The notes under the pieces: model-generated
The model's input: only the letters and a program-made list of their open reading frames with translations
What the model was told of the DNA's origin: nothing
Database searches by the model: none
Shown here: positions 53,111 through 61,953 of the stretch, in pieces
Layout: each line of letters starts with the position of its first letter
Numbering within the stretch: the stretch's first letter is position 1
Program-made: the position numbers and the translations under genes
Source: a virus
Virus record (IMG/VR): IMGVR_UViG_3300031673_000004
Span: 32,001-96,000 of that record
Strand: one strand, 5' to 3'
DNA: 64,000 nucleotides

Positions 53111-56100
53111 ATGGTAAAAAAAGCATCAATTATTGATTATCCACGCAGGGAACTGGATAAATCCATCTGGAAAATAGATGATGAGGAGCTAGCGTTACAA
53201 CCAAATATTAAGGATGATATTGCCGATATAGTCGGGTCATTCCTGGATGACCTGGATCTCCCAGAGGAATCTATCATAGATGTTTTAATTTATGGGTCGA
53301 TACTTACAAACCAGTACAATTCACAGACAGATGTAGATGCAAGGATCCTGTTAGACCCTAAGATAATCAGCCAATATTATCCAGGAATGACGGGAGATCA
53401 GCTATATGATGTAACCATGGATACTGTACATGGGGTATTACTGGGCAATACTAAGCATCCATTCAATGCAACGATTGTAGTCGAGGGTGAAAAGACTGAA
53501 TTAGGCCAAGCCCCTTTAGGGATTAGTGATCGTGACCCGGTTTATAGTATCAAGAAAGAAAAAGTAATACACGAAGGTCTTGGATATGATGAATCATTTG
53601 ATCCCGATAAAGAGTTTACAAAAGAGCGTGTTGAAGTAACAGAAATAATGACAAAACTTGATAATCTTGTACAAGACGCAAAAACGAAGGCAATTGATAT
53701 AGAAGTCCTGGAAGACGCAGTTGGACAGGTATCTAACTCCGATCAGCTTATAAAAAAGATTGAAGAAAGACTAAAGAGTTTAAATACTACCATTCAAAAG
53801 ATGGTAAGTGAATATAACAGTATTAAAGAGGAACGTGGAAGGTCCTATAAAGAAGCTCCAGTGGACAATAGACATAAAGCTCCTGGGAATATACGTGAAA
53901 AATTCCTCGAAAAATATCGGTACATAGATATGTTGAAAAAACTCAAAAGATTATTTAAAGGTGGAATTGATACATCTGAGGTAGAAGATGTAGCTAAAAC
54001 ATTAAATATAGCTGGAAAAATGCAATGGGGCATAAAAATTCAAGCAGTAAATATTAATAAAAAAGATTTACACACTCTTTGGTATGAAAATGAAGCAGGT
54101 GACAAATTCATTCCCGATTTGGAAGGTGCGATAGATGACCCACCTGAAGAGTTCGTTTATCAATTTTCACAATTTCCAAATGAACTTACACTTAATATGC
54201 TATACCTTGTGGAATCCGATAAAGTAGAAAACTGCCAGCATCCTGAAGAAGCTATCAAAGCAACCTATGGCTGGATTGATGGAATTGAAGGTCGTGAATG
54301 CACATTATGTAATGGGACACAAACAAAAAAAATAGATGAAGATTGGCCAAAAGAATGGGATGCTTATGGATCAAGAGATGTAGGATGTGGGCATTCTTCT
54401 TGGTCCGAAGATTTAGTATTAGCCTTAGCAAATAGTAATGATTTTACATTGTCGGAAGCAATTCTAATTGCAGGAAATGCATGTTCACGTTGTATGAATG
54501 CACTTGCCTATGAATATGGATTAGATTGGGGTTACCCTGAATTTAGCGAGGAGTGGAAAAACACCAATACTGAATGTGACTTTTGCAAAGACACGAAAGA
54601 CAAAAAACAAGCGGCCCTTCCATACAGACAACCTGGCCCACCTGAAACGTTAGAAGCACCTCCTACAATGCAGACAGGGCCTGCTGCACCTAGCTCTATT
54701 GATGTAGGACGTATTGACGAAGGTGGTATGCTCAATCAAGTACATGGCTCCACATGTCCTCACTGTGGGCACGTAAACCCCATGACGGCTAATGAATCAG
54801 ATGAAATAACCTGTGAAGGGTGTGGCAAGAAATTTGAAGCTAAAGATGGGTTTTCACTAGGTACAGGAGTAAGCACCCCTCCGCAAACTAATCCCTATGC
54901 TTATGAATCCGACTTTGCTCTTTATGGTCAGATAGATGATATAAAAACAGGACATTTACTTTCTGGAGTAACTATCATGAAAAATTTGATTAGAAAATTG
55001 GATAAAATTAATGCTGACTCTACTGGAGGAACTGGTGGTGTTTTTGGTGAGCCCCCCGGTAAAAATCCAGGCGACGATCCCTATTCTTCCGGTGGAGGTG
55101 CTTTAGCTGAATATGGAACAGAAGGTGAACCAGAAGAGGATAAGAAAAAAAAGAAAAAGAGAGAAATAGATGATGACATGATTTGGGAAATTGTTACGGT
55201 GCTAGATGGGATCGATATTGCCCCATTTCTAGAAGATGATGAATTACTAGAAGAACTATTAGCTGCTTTCCCATTATTTGGAGAAGCTAGCACAAAGATA
55301 GATAGAATTGTAGGCTTAGTAACAGAACCCCCAGAAGGGAGTGGGCAGTATAGCGCTCCCGTAAATCCTGATTATGACACCGAGCCCCACCAACGACCAC
55401 GGAAAAGGAAGATTGGCCCACTGGAAGATGGTACCGGCAGGGGAAAAGGTCGTCCGAGCGGTCTACGTAGAAATAAGAATACAGAAGAATGCCCCGTGGG
55501 TGGTCCTGGAAAGGGTGACGGAGAAGGAAGAGGAAGAGGTAAATTTAGAAAAAAGATAGAGGAAACGGGGGAGGCTGTAGGCATTGATTGGTTTGATTCA
55601 TACCCAACGAAGTATAATGCTGCTGATAACGAAATGAAAGAGCTTATACTTGAATGGTTAGAAAGCAACCCAAATCCAGATGACGATGATGTACATGCCC
55701 TTGCTGATGAAGTTGGTATGGAATCAGACGAATTGGAAGAAATAATTTATGAACTTGCAACAGATCACGCAGAAGAAGATGATACTGAAGATGCACCAGA
55801 TGCTGATAGCATGGAGGGGGTCGAAGAGTTAGATGTAGAAATGGCAGAAGCTATTGGTGAAGAAATTGGAATTGACTGGGAAGATTCTCCATTTGATCCA
55901 GAACAATTTCTCATGGGCCTAAATGTAGAACTAGAACATGGAACTAAAAACCCCGAAACAAATGTAACAAATGATGATTTAATCGAAACAGCAAAAATAG
56001 CTTGGGCACATCTAAAAGAAATAGATGACTACTATGATCGTCTCAAACAAATGGAAGATGCCGCAAAGGAACATACAAAGGACACACCAGATACCGGGGA

Positions 56101-56719
56101 ATCAGAAGAAACAGACTCGGAAGAAACAGAATCAGATGAAACAGAATCAGGAGGAACTGTGGGCGGATTTAGTGATGGATTTCCTGGGAAAACTGCTGCG
56201 GCATATATGACACTGTGCCCAACCTGTAAGACAATCCAAAAGGCACCCATTGAGGGTGAAGGAATTCAATGCCCTTTTTGCAGTAGGGGGTGGCTAGATT
56301 CGTTAGAAAATAGTGATCCAGCTAAATATGCAGAATATAAAGAACAGAATAAGTATAATTTAGTGGAATTACAGGAGCAAACGCAGCAACAACGCGGGAT
56401 GCCCCACATGGGAACACGACTAGACAAAAAAGTAGCCCAACAAATCAATCAAGAATTAAGCAATACTGGCTTAGATGGAAACACTTCATTCCACCAAGCA
56501 CATATGGGATATCATGCCGCCCTAGAAATACTAGAAACATATGGCTTAAAACCAGTTACAGGTATTGATGATTATCCCCTAATTGCCGATAATGAAGGAC
56601 AGCGTTTTTTAGATTTAGAATACAATGGTGAAAGGCTTGAGAACATGAAGCTTACATTCAGTTGGTATAAACATACTCACACAGGAAATTATGAATGTAT
56701 CGCACATTTAAATTACTAA
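53111..56719 (+). CDS. Large acidic multidomain protein: Pol-beta-type nucleotidyltransferase, several CxxC fingers, DUF5661-like domain
   Basis: YGSILTNQY...TDVDAR (GS..DxD); CTLC, CSRC, CDFC, CPHC/CEGC, CPTC/CPFC; GLNVELEH...AWAHLKE..DYYDRL. Confidence 0.75.
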   Translation: MVKKASIIDYPRRELDKSIWKIDDEELALQPNIKDDIADIVGSFLDDLDLPEESIIDVLIYGSILTNQYNSQTDVDARILLDPKIISQYYPGMTGDQLYDVTMDTVHGVLLGNTKHPFNATIVVEGEKTELGQAPLGISDRDPVYSIKKEKVIHEGLGYDESFDPDKEFTKERVEVTEIMTKLDNLVQDAKTKAIDIEVLEDAVGQVSNSDQLIKKIEERLKSLNTTIQKMVSEYNSIKEERGRSYKEAPVDNRHKAPGNIREKFLEKYRYIDMLKKLKRLFKGGIDTSEVEDVAKTLNIAGKMQWGIKIQAVNINKKDLHTLWYENEAGDKFIPDLEGAIDDPPEEFVYQFSQFPNELTLNMLYLVESDKVENCQHPEEAIKATYGWIDGIEGRECTLCNGTQTKKIDEDWPKEWDAYGSRDVGCGHSSWSEDLVLALANSNDFTLSEAILIAGNACSRCMNALAYEYGLDWGYPEFSEEWKNTNTECDFCKDTKDKKQAALPYRQPGPPETLEAPPTMQTGPAAPSSIDVGRIDEGGMLNQVHGSTCPHCGHVNPMTANESDEITCEGCGKKFEAKDGFSLGTGVSTPPQTNPYAYESDFALYGQIDDIKTGHLLSGVTIMKNLIRKLDKINADSTGGTGGVFGEPPGKNPGDDPYSSGGGALAEYGTEGEPEEDKKKKKKREIDDDMIWEIVTVLDGIDIAPFLEDDELLEELLAAFPLFGEASTKIDRIVGLVTEPPEGSGQYSAPVNPDYDTEPHQRPRKRKIGPLEDGTGRGKGRPSGLRRNKNTEECPVGGPGKGDGEGRGRGKFRKKIEETGEAVGIDWFDSYPTKYNAADNEMKELILEWLESNPNPDDDDVHALADEVGMESDELEEIIYELATDHAEEDDTEDAPDADSMEGVEELDVEMAEAIGEEIGIDWEDSPFDPEQFLMGLNVELEHGTKNPETNVTNDDLIETAKIAWAHLKEIDDYYDRLKQMEDAAKEHTKDTPDTGESEETDSEETESDETESGGTVGGFSDGFPGKTAAAYMTLCPTCKTIQKAPIEGEGIQCPFCSRGWLDSLENSDPAKYAEYKEQNKYNLVELQEQTQQQRGMPHMGTRLDKKVAQQINQELSNTGLDGNTSFHQAHMGYHAALEILETYGLKPVTGIDDYPLIADNEGQRFLDLEYNGERLENMKLTFSWYKHTHTGNYECIAHLNY

Positions 56720-57195
56720 ACAAATTCAAATTGTATTCTTCATACGTAATAAAGCATAAGTGGTACGTCTTTTTAGAGTGCTACAAGTTAGGTATTCCTC
56801 GCCAGGGAATTACCCATGATTTAAGTAAGCTAATTCCAGATGAGTTCTTTCCCTACGCGAGTCACTTTTATGGATATAATAAAAGAATTGAAAGCAAGTC
56901 TGGATACTTCAAAAAAGTAGATTCAGGTGATAAAGCTTTTGATGCAGCATGGTTCAAACACATAAAGAGAAATAAGCACCACTGGCAATATTGGCTTTTA
57001 GCTGATGAAAACGGAAAAATAAAATCAGTAGAAATGCCAATCAGATTTAGAAAAGAAATGGTAGCAGATTGGAAAGGTGCAGCTAAAGCCCAGGGCAATC
57101 CTAGCGTATTTGCCTGGTATGATAAATATAAACATAAAATGCATTTAGGTGCTGAAACGCAACGATGGATTGAAAAGGAATTGAACAAAATATGA
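56695..57195 (+). CDS. HD-domain protein (DUF5662-like)
   Basis: HKWYV, HDLSK, H..RNKHHWQYW, EMVADW. Confidence 0.8.
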   Translation: MYRTFKLLNKFKLYSSYVIKHKWYVFLECYKLGIPRQGITHDLSKLIPDEFFPYASHFYGYNKRIESKSGYFKKVDSGDKAFDAAWFKHIKRNKHHWQYWLLADENGKIKSVEMPIRFRKEMVADWKGAAKAQGNPSVFAWYDKYKHKMHLGAETQRWIEKELNKI

Positions 57196-57458
57196 TAAAT
57201 AAAATAGAAGAGCTTAGAGCGCTTGCTAAGGAAGCATCAATTATAGCTAGAAGTAAATTCGATGAACCCGTTATACATTTAATGTGGATGACCGATGGTA
57301 AGATAGTCCTCACTCTATACTCCCCGAGTTTACATCTAAACAATGGAAAAAATAACCATGAGTATGTCAGTAAGTCAGTTAATGGGCTTCTGGACAAAAT
57401 TGATACTATAATTAATGATGTAAAATCAGAGCTTTACGAAAAAAATAACAATTCATAA
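57192..57458 (+). CDS. Hypothetical protein
   Basis: 88-aa ORF with ATGA overlap. Confidence 0.6.
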   Translation: MINKIEELRALAKEASIIARSKFDEPVIHLMWMTDGKIVLTLYSPSLHLNNGKNNHEYVSKSVNGLLDKIDTIINDVKSELYEKNNNS

Positions 57459-57467
57459 AAAAAATAG

Positions 57468-57496
57468 TTGACAAAACTAAATTTAATGCAGATAAT
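57468..57496 (+). promoter_or_regulatory. Sigma-70 type promoter
   Basis: TTGACA (57468)-17 nt-GATAAT (57491), A-tract upstream. Confidence 0.8.
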
Positions 57497-57531
57497 CTCC
57501 GTGTAACGTGGTAAACACATGGAGAGGGTTA

Positions 57532-57969
57532 ATGGACAAGTTTGCAGAAAAATATGTGACGTATCGGACATTCCGTTCCAAGGATAACCTGACAAATGGG
57601 ACATTCATTTATGATATGCGTGGGGCAATCACAGCTTGCTGTGAAGTTGATTCCGAATCCAAGCAAATCAAAGTTGGGTTTTCATTTCTGAATCCAACTG
57701 ATTCGCAATTCTTGGTTCGTGGAAAAGGATTGGCAAAAAAGAAGTTACTGAGTGATCCAATTCTTTTGGAAAATGTGGGAATCAATGAAAAAGGAAAGCT
57801 GAAAGTAACAGATGCCGTTTTTCAGTATTTGGTACATTTGACTGGATTACGCATGAAAGAATTGACAGAGAAACTAAAGATTAAAGAGTACCATGGAGAC
57901 TTTACAAAATGTAACTTCATGGCTTGGTTTCCAAATTTTCTTGATTATTTGCAGTATGGCAATACATAA
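57532..57969 (+). CDS. Hypothetical protein
   Basis: GGAGAGGG before ATG 57532; follows the promoter. Confidence 0.7.
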   Translation: MDKFAEKYVTYRTFRSKDNLTNGTFIYDMRGAITACCEVDSESKQIKVGFSFLNPTDSQFLVRGKGLAKKKLLSDPILLENVGINEKGKLKVTDAVFQYLVHLTGLRMKELTEKLKIKEYHGDFTKCNFMAWFPNFLDYLQYGNT

Positions 57970-57972
57970 TCG

Positions 57973-57984
57973 GTTCTTTGAAAA
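57973..57984 (+). promoter_or_regulatory. boxA-like antitermination site
   Basis: GTTCTTTGAAAA just before the tRNA cluster; matches rrn-type boxA. Confidence 0.6.
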
Positions 57985-57991
57985 ATGTTTA

Positions 57992-58053
57992 GTGACCCGT
58001 GAATCTGATCGTTATGGTTTCCCCCCCGCTGTAACATTAGAAACACGGGTCAC
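57992..58053 (+). other. Long hairpin ahead of the first tRNA
   Basis: GTGACCCGTG/CACGGGTCAC, TCTGAT/ATTAGA, GTTATGG/CTGTAAC. Confidence 0.6.
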
Positions 58054-58059
58054 ATCTTT

Positions 58060-58133
58060 CGGCGCGTAGCTCAGTTTGGAAGAGCCCTCGCTCGATAAGC
58101 GAGAAGTCGTTGGTTCGAGTCCAACCGGGCCGA
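58060..58133 (+). tRNA. tRNA-Ile(GAU), C33
   Basis: Cloverleaf; anticodon arm CTCGC-TCGATAA-GCGAG; GTTCGAGT T loop; one G-G mismatch in acceptor stem. Confidence 0.85.
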
Positions 58134-58140
58134 TAATTGA

Positions 58141-58215
58141 TGCGGGTTAGCGCAGCCTGGTTAGCGTGTCTGGCTCATAACCAGAAAGTCGCTGGTTCAA
58201 ATCCAGCACCCGCAA
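58141..58215 (+). tRNA. tRNA-Met/Ile2 (CAU)
   Basis: TGCGGGT/ACCCGCA acceptor; TCTGG-CTCATAA-CCAGA. Confidence 0.9.
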
Positions 58216-58253
58216 TATAGAGTAAACAACTTAGTATAATCATAAGTAGCAAT

Positions 58254-58265
58254 GTTCTTTGACAA
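58254..58265 (+). promoter_or_regulatory. Second boxA-like site, downstream of a TATAAT (58235)
   Basis: GTTCTTTGACAA. Confidence 0.55.
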
Positions 58266-58780
58266 CCGGGTGAAGTTCAGTAACGATGAAAATCCTGTGT
58301 TAGGAGTGGTTTTATCCACTTCTATCCTGGTTGAAAAAGCTGCACAAGGCGCGTTGCGGCTTGTGCTGGAGATGCTTCGCACCTCCTTCAGCGTTCCTGG
58401 AGGAATCCAGGGCTTGCACCCCAAGAGCAAGTAAGTAAACCGGCTATATTGGGTAACCGGAGGCTAAGATGTGGTAGGTGGAAAGCCCCACGCCCATTGA
58501 TAACGATGGATGCGATGCGAACCACATCATTTTCCTCCAAGTAGCAAAGAGCCGTGGAGGATGTAGGTAAATAAGTTCTCGGCTAATTAATAGAGGTTTA
58601 CTGGAAAGTACGCTTATTTGTACCTACCAAATTACGTCTTTTTGGTGCCTCGTGTAATTTTACTCTCCCAACACTTGGGACTGCGTTAGGTGTGCATACC
58701 TACCCAGGTCAAGGGATATTTTATCCTGGCTAAACGTGGTCTACTAGCGGGACGCTGCTAGGATGAGCCGGGCGTTTTTA
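58263..58780 (+). ncRNA. Large (~500 nt) structured ncRNA candidate between tRNAs
   Basis: No credible ORF; many helices, e.g. CAACCGGG/CCTGGTTG, GCACAAG/CTTGTGC, CCTGGA/TCCAGG, GATGTGGT/ACCACATC, CCTCCA/TGGAGG, GTAGGTA/TACCTAC. Confidence 0.6.
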
Positions 58781-58784
58781 ATAA

Positions 58785-58859
58785 CGGGACATAGCGCAGT
58801 CTGGGCAGCGCAGGGCGTTTGGGGCGCTCAGGTCAGAGGTTCGAATCCTCTTGTCCCGA
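58785..58859 (+). tRNA. tRNA-Pro(UGG)
   Basis: CGGGACA/TGTCCCG acceptor; GGGCG-TTTGGGG-CGCTC; GTTCGAAT. Confidence 0.92.
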
Positions 58860-58922
58860 TTTTTTAGGGCCATAGGGCTCATTAACTTGCTTCCACAGGA
58901 TTATGAAAGATAAAATATTAGT

Positions 58923-59128
58923 TTGGGCATAGAAGGTTCCTAAAAACTTTTTATTGGAAAAAATTACCTTCCGCCCAATACACTTGTGTGGCATAGAAAG
59001 TTCCTAAAAAACTTTTAAAAGACTTACTTTCCGCCACATATTAACTTTATAGGCATAGGAAGTTCCTAAAATAGCCAAACTGGGTACTGGCCAATGGCCA
59101 GCCCAGCCTCTATTACTTCCCGCCTATA
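58923..59128 (+). ncRNA. Three tandem covarying hairpins GGC-ATA-GRARGT-TCCTAAAA...TTACYTYC-C-GCC
   Basis: Copies 58923-58978, 58987-59038, 59048-59128 with compensatory changes in both helices. Confidence 0.8.
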
Positions 59129-59143
59129 TTTGTGAGGGACACT

Positions 59144-61021
59144 ATGAAAGCATACGTGAATCTGTTCAAAGCATTGCCTGTAGGAAAGCGCACTAAGTCC
59201 TTCTCAACAAAGTACTTGGACAAGGGCGTGCTGGTCGAGGATTCTGTAATTGAGGCACACGGAACTGCCAAAGTTGCTAAACTGGTTCGAAGTCTCGTTC
59301 CTACAGATTCCCAGATGAACAAGACCTTCCACAAATCATGGAAGAAAGTCAGGGACGCATCTATTGAGCAGCTAGTTATAGAGCAGATCATTCACTATTT
59401 TACAACCTACAGCTTTGAAGCATTGGGCTTCTACAGTAAAGAGACTGTTTACATCCCGAATGAAAAGTTGGAGCTAGAAGCGAAAGGCGGCATCACTTTT
59501 TATGTTCTGCGTGGCATCACACGGGATGAACTGATTGATGTGGTACACAAGCTCATTTCTTCAGGGATTGCCCTATCTGACCAAGATCTTACTGATTTGG
59601 TCAAAGTCATTAAGGATCAAAAATTAAAAATTGATCCAGCTAAATCAAGCAATAGGGAGATGGCTGTCAGGTTGTACAACTTGCTTGATATTACTCCCAA
59701 AGACCCAGTTGAATACTTGCGAATGAAAGTATACGGTGCAACTGAAAGTACGCTGCTAATTAAGAACAAGGAAGCTATTGAAGCTATTTCTAGTTCTTAT
59801 AGTTCTGCGCTTGGGAAAAAAATCAATGCGTTCAGCGAATACAAGAAAAAGTTTGGGCTTGAGGGTTTAGCGTCCATTTTCTACAGGTTCAAGCCGTTGT
59901 TCTTGGCATTCAAAAATAAGAAATCAGCAGCGACAGTAAATAGTATTCGGCGGCTAGCAGTAAAGTATCACCAGCCCATGCCAGAAGATTACATTGCTTC
60001 AGTCACCAAGCATTTGCGCAACGGCACATTCAGTGCAGCCAAGCTCAATAAGAGCCTTACTAAAGCAAATATATTCAGAAAGGTACGGCTCGCACAAGCA
60101 CTGCGTCTCTATGATAACCAGGATGCATCTGGTATCGTGTACTCTATTCGCAATGGTAAATCATTTGCCGGTACTATCAATCCACTTGGTAAGAGCGTCA
60201 AAAGATCACTATCAGTAGTAATGGATAGTTTGGGCGCAGACCTTTCCCATGTAAAAGGAAAGAAAATCTTTATGGATGCAGGGTTGGTTGTTCCTACATC
60301 AGGCAAGATGTTCATGGGTGATGTACCATTTGGGTCGTATTTTTCTACTGATGATTCACTAGTGCTAGGAGTATCTTGGCGAGATCTAGAAGATGTCCGT
60401 GTTGATCTGGATCTTTCTATTATCTCAGTGGATGGAAAGATCGGTTGGGATGGTTATTACAGAGATCCAAGCTGCCTCTTTTCAGGAGATATTACAGCGG
60501 CCCCCAAGGGAGCTACTGAAGCACATTTGATTCGTGCCGATTCGGAGGATGGGATTTATCTCCTTAACTTGAATTACTATAACGCTAATTACTATAACGC
60601 TGATATTAATGGAGGAATAGTCCCATTCACTCTGTTCGTAACCGAGGAGAAAGGATTCGAGCGTATTGAACGGCGCGCTGTAATGTCTCAGGATAATATG
60701 GTATTCTGGGCTGACTCTAGCATAGACAGCAAGTACAACCAGAAGACTATCGGTGTTTTGAAAATCAAGGATGGTACCAAAACATTCCATGCCTTCGAGT
60801 TCAAGACTGGTAAAAGTATCACTTCCCGAAACAATGAAAAAAGTATGAACACGATTAGCTACTATGACAAATATCTGGATTCTCTTCTTGACTTGGAAAC
60901 ACTCGTAGAATGGGCAGGGGCTAAAATAGTAGATACTCCTGAGAAAGCAGATATTGATTTATCTATGAAATCGCTTACAAAGAGCACACTGATTGATCTT
61001 CTGGTAGCTGATACCAAATAA
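59144..61021 (+). CDS. Large protein with helical N-terminus and TerD-like C-terminal domain
   Basis: GAGGG before ATG 59144; C-terminal GVSW...VDLDLS...IGWDG...FSGDITAAPKGATE resembles TerD motifs. Confidence 0.65.
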   Translation: MKAYVNLFKALPVGKRTKSFSTKYLDKGVLVEDSVIEAHGTAKVAKLVRSLVPTDSQMNKTFHKSWKKVRDASIEQLVIEQIIHYFTTYSFEALGFYSKETVYIPNEKLELEAKGGITFYVLRGITRDELIDVVHKLISSGIALSDQDLTDLVKVIKDQKLKIDPAKSSNREMAVRLYNLLDITPKDPVEYLRMKVYGATESTLLIKNKEAIEAISSSYSSALGKKINAFSEYKKKFGLEGLASIFYRFKPLFLAFKNKKSAATVNSIRRLAVKYHQPMPEDYIASVTKHLRNGTFSAAKLNKSLTKANIFRKVRLAQALRLYDNQDASGIVYSIRNGKSFAGTINPLGKSVKRSLSVVMDSLGADLSHVKGKKIFMDAGLVVPTSGKMFMGDVPFGSYFSTDDSLVLGVSWRDLEDVRVDLDLSIISVDGKIGWDGYYRDPSCLFSGDITAAPKGATEAHLIRADSEDGIYLLNLNYYNANYYNADINGGIVPFTLFVTEEKGFERIERRAVMSQDNMVFWADSSIDSKYNQKTIGVLKIKDGTKTFHAFEFKTGKSITSRNNEKSMNTISYYDKYLDSLLDLETLVEWAGAKIVDTPEKADIDLSMKSLTKSTLIDLLVADTK

Positions 61022-61210
61022 CGACTCTTGGAGGGCATACTATGGCCCCTGACAGCCAAAAGCTTGATCGGGTCTTCGGAGCACGCTCCAAACCGCCTAC
61101 GCAAGCCCGGTAGGACTAAGACGGTTAGGAAGCTTCTGGAGTATAGCGAATTCTTGCTTGGGGAAATACTATATTCTGGATCTTTTTAGGGCTTATTTTT
61201 GGAGGATATA

Positions 61211-61486
61211 ATGAAACTAAAAAATATTATCTTAGGTCTTATAGAACAACTTCCCATTAAAAGAGCGTTCATAAATTTCTTCGTAACAAAAAATGCCTGG
61301 GGAATGTTTCATAAAAATTCACATCTAAGTACTAAAAGCGGTAAACATAAAATTGAATATGGATCAAAGGAATCCGCAAGGAGAGCTGCAGACAATATGC
61401 AAAAGAAGTATGGGAACTATTACAGTGTTTACAAATGTATATTCTGTGATGGTTACCATATTGGTAAAAACAGGGACAATAAATAG
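61211..61486 (+). CDS. Small CxxC..H zinc-binding phage protein
   Basis: GGAGG before ATG 61211; YKCIFCDGYHIG. Confidence 0.75.
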   Translation: MKLKNIILGLIEQLPIKRAFINFFVTKNAWGMFHKNSHLSTKSGKHKIEYGSKESARRAADNMQKKYGNYYSVYKCIFCDGYHIGKNRDNK

Positions 61487-61588
61487 TTTTAAATTGCAGC
61501 GCATTAAAGATAGGCCAGAGGGTAGGTCTTGAGGGTACTCACAGTAGTCAACCATAGAGATGGTTTTGGTAACGCCCACCCCGAATTT

Positions 61589-61661
61589 GGGCACGTAGCT
61601 CTAACGGGAGAGCAGAAGCCCTGCAAGCTTACGGTTGCCAGTTCGAATCTGGCCGTGTCCA
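61589..61661 (+). tRNA. tRNA-Ala(UGC), C33
   Basis: GGGCACG/CGTGTCC with G3:U70; AAGC-CCTGCAA-GCTT; A73. Confidence 0.85.
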
Positions 61662-61667
61662 TGTTTT

Positions 61668-61740
61668 GCCCAGGTAGCCGAATGGAATAGGCGGCAGTCT
61701 TAGGAACTGCAATTTGGGGGTTCGAATCCCTTCCTGGGTA
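61668..61740 (+). tRNA. tRNA-Leu(UAG), short variable loop
   Basis: GCCCAGG/CCTGGGT; GCAGT-CTTAGGA-ACTGC. Confidence 0.85.
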
Positions 61741-61754
61741 TCTCATTATTATTT

Positions 61755-61864
61755 GGGGCTAAACCGTAAGGTTGAATGGTACAGGTAAGTTGGATAACCA
61801 ATGGCATCCGGGCGTTCAAGGTTACCACGGCCTTCTATCCGGTGTTCCAACCTGGCCAAGCCCT
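61755..61864 (+). ncRNA. ~110-nt rod-like hairpin RNA candidate
   Basis: GGGCT/AGCCC, AGG..GTTGGA/TCCAACCT, AAGGTT/GGCCTT. Confidence 0.4.
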
Positions 61865-61869
61865 ATTTT

Positions 61870-61953
61870 GGAAGCTAAACTTGTCGTGGGATAAGTCCCG
61901 GTTGCTACCCGGAGTGTGGGCAAAACCATGTGGTTCGACTCCACTAGAGGCCA
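61870..61953 (+). tRNA. Non-canonical tRNA-like RNA with GCU (Ser) anticodon and Sec/allo-tRNA-like arms
   Basis: D arm ACTTGTC-GTGG-GATAAGT, CCGG-TTGCTAC-CCGG, long variable arm, 4-bp T stem GTGG/CCAC, 8-position acceptor with 3 mismatches. Confidence 0.55.

Noticed and set aside
58866-58900. Fourth copy of the GGC-ATAG hairpin
   Set aside because: Has GGCCATAGG but lacks TCCTAAAA and the closing CGCC; at most a degenerate remnant.
58926-59075. Mini CRISPR array (20-nt repeats at 62-64 nt period)
   Set aside because: The would-be spacers end in a conserved complement of the repeat with compensatory changes, so these are hairpin units; no cas genes in the window.
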